Below the pieces are notes generated by a model. That model was given only the letters and a program-made list of their open reading frames with translations, had not been told where the DNA came from and searched no databases. Below, in pieces: positions 62,230 to 64,000 of a stretch of DNA of 64,000 bases; position 1 is the first letter of the stretch; each line of letters begins with the position of its first letter. The DNA comes from Squalus acanthias (Eukaryota). The DNA lies in the NCBI GenBank assembly GCA_030390025.1, contig CM059432.1, forward strand, positions 85,376,001 through 85,440,000. The letters run 5' to 3'. Both the position numbers and the translations under genes were made by a program.

Positions 62230-62515
62230 CATGTGGACGTAAAAGGTCCCATAGTACTATTTTGAAGGAGAGCAAGGGAATTCTCACCTGGCCATTATTT
62301 ATGCCTCAATCTCAACATCACTAAAAAACAGATTATCTGGTCATAATCACATTGCTTGCATCGCATTGTGGGAGCTTGCTGTGCGCAAATTGGCTGTCGC
62401 CTTTCCTACATTACATTAGTGACTACACTTCAAAAGTACTTCATTGGCTGTAAAGCGCTTAGGGATGTCCTGAGGTCATGAAAGGCGCTATATAAATGCA
62501 AGTCTTTCTTTCGTT
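62230..62515 (+). mobile_element. Deu-domain SINE 3' part
   Basis: Same body and tail aggcgctatataaatgcaagtctttc. Confidence 0.72.
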
Positions 62516-62699
62516 CCTTCCTCTTTTGTAAATGGAGGTGTCATCTTTTTAATAAGACTTTAAACCAAGTACACGATTGCCTGTCAGATAAGTATAAAAG
62601 AGTGTCCTGGTCAATATCTCTCCCTCCACCAACACCACCAAAAGCCAATTAACTGATCACTCAGTGCCCCAAGAATCTGAAACCTTCCCTCCTACACCA

Positions 62700-63398
62700 T
62701 GGCTCCGATATTTACTCGGACCCGTGAAGAGAGCGAGAGGAAGGATTTCCAGATGGGAAACCCAGAAGTACAGGCTTCCCGTATGTCCTGCTGAAACAGA
62801 ACATCTTTTAAAGTTTTTTAGCAGATTTCCTGCCCGACAGCCGGCCAGATTGAAAGGCTGGCTGCCTGTTGGGTGGGAAAGCAGCCGTGGAGTGGTGCCA
62901 AGTAGAGGAGTCAGGGGGCTGGGGGGAGTCGGAGATTGCGGGGGTTGTAAGGGAAGACAGAGATCGCAGAGGGTGGGGGACTTGGAGATCACAGGAGTGG
63001 GGGGCTCGGAGATCGCGGGGTGAGTAAAGAGGTTAGCTTGTTGGGCCTGGAGTAAACACTCCTGCTCCTCCAGGCCCACAAGCAGTGCTGTAAATGCACT
63101 TACCTCATGGATGTGGCCGTTCTCACCTCCTTTACCTGCTGCATTTCCCAAGCTCCAGGAAATCTGGCCTCCATCGGTTAAAAATAAAAATCCTGTTAAA
63201 GTAGAGGCACACAGCCTCCTTAAAAGCTTTTACTGACCGACCCGGCTCCTGAGAGCGTATTAGTCGCCTGCTTCTCGACCCGCCTCCATTAAAAGTGGGT
63301 GGGTTGGAGCCAGCTTGGGGTCGGGTTTGATATTTTTTTTCATTTTTACTTTCCACCTGCCCCCCAACCCATCTGTCCTTGGGGGTTAAAATTCCCTC
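62700..63398. mobile_element. MITE-like repeat, left end unclear
   Basis: GC-rich subterminal GGGTGGG/CCCGCC motifs. Ends GGTTAAAATTCCCTCC, like other Harbinger termini. Confidence 0.45.
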
Positions 63399-64000
63399 CA
63401 CGTCTCTGGCCATCTTTCTAAAACATGCTGTTCAAACACTGGCAAGGGAGTAGCTTGGAAAGAATTAGAGGCCTCTTTTCCATGTGTGCAAACACCCATT
63501 CTAGAGTTGGTGGTCTTTGACTACAGATCCACAGATACATGAAGCAACAGATCTGTTAAGAGGGGCAGGTTTGGGAAAACTGCCACAAGTGACCCTGGGC
63601 TATATTAAGAGCACCAGAGCATAGTACAAACTGTTAGGTCAAAGTGAGTAGACAGTTGAAAATCAGTAGCTAAATTACAATGAGGAATGTGGTATTCCTA
63701 AATTTAGGATACTGGATGAATCAGAATTTTGAGTTTTCCCAACCCAGTCCAACATTACAAGATGTGCCACAGTCCCCTTGATCTGTGCAGGACATCTATG
63801 GAAATGGAGGGAAATGTCAGAACCTCTAAATTCTTAAATTCCAGTTAGTCTGGAGATCTGTCTATTATAAAGCATAGATGCTGGGAATTTCCTCAGGAGT
63901 TCTCCGAATCAGCCACCGTATCTTTGGCGTAAATCTTGTTTATGTGACTATCTGGAGTTTCTGCCAAAGTTACGGCGGGCGATTGGGATAACCCCAAGGA

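Overview
Eukaryotic, repeat-saturated intergenic or intronic DNA. It is very probably from a cartilaginous fish (shark), inferred from HER1-type CR1 tails (TTCTATGA)n, Deu-domain SINEs and shark-type C2H2 finger fragments. I found no intact host gene. The window is a nested stack of decayed transposons: many CR1 LINEs (two near full length, with SGNH-esterase ORF1), a second Zenon-like CR1-group LINE and a tRNA-SINE sharing its tail, L2, RTE, two Tx1 3' stubs, a DIRS-like RT relic, six PIF/Harbinger elements or relics (transposase plus intron-containing Myb/SANT gene) with several 3-bp-TSD MITEs, a Tigger-like MITE, a 1.27-kb solo LTR and Penelope-like elements (PLEs). Most notable: (1) a young ~1-kb near-perfect PLE palindrome with a minimal hammerhead ribozyme in each arm, plus two hammerheads of a second PLE family; (2) a solo LTR with a foamy-virus-like layout; (3) two Tx1 stubs with almost the same 5' end and 16-bp TSDs; (4) three CR1 5' ends fused to left-truncated Harbingers of one family. 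All calls are by eye without database searches; boundaries lacking a TSD or TIR are approximate.
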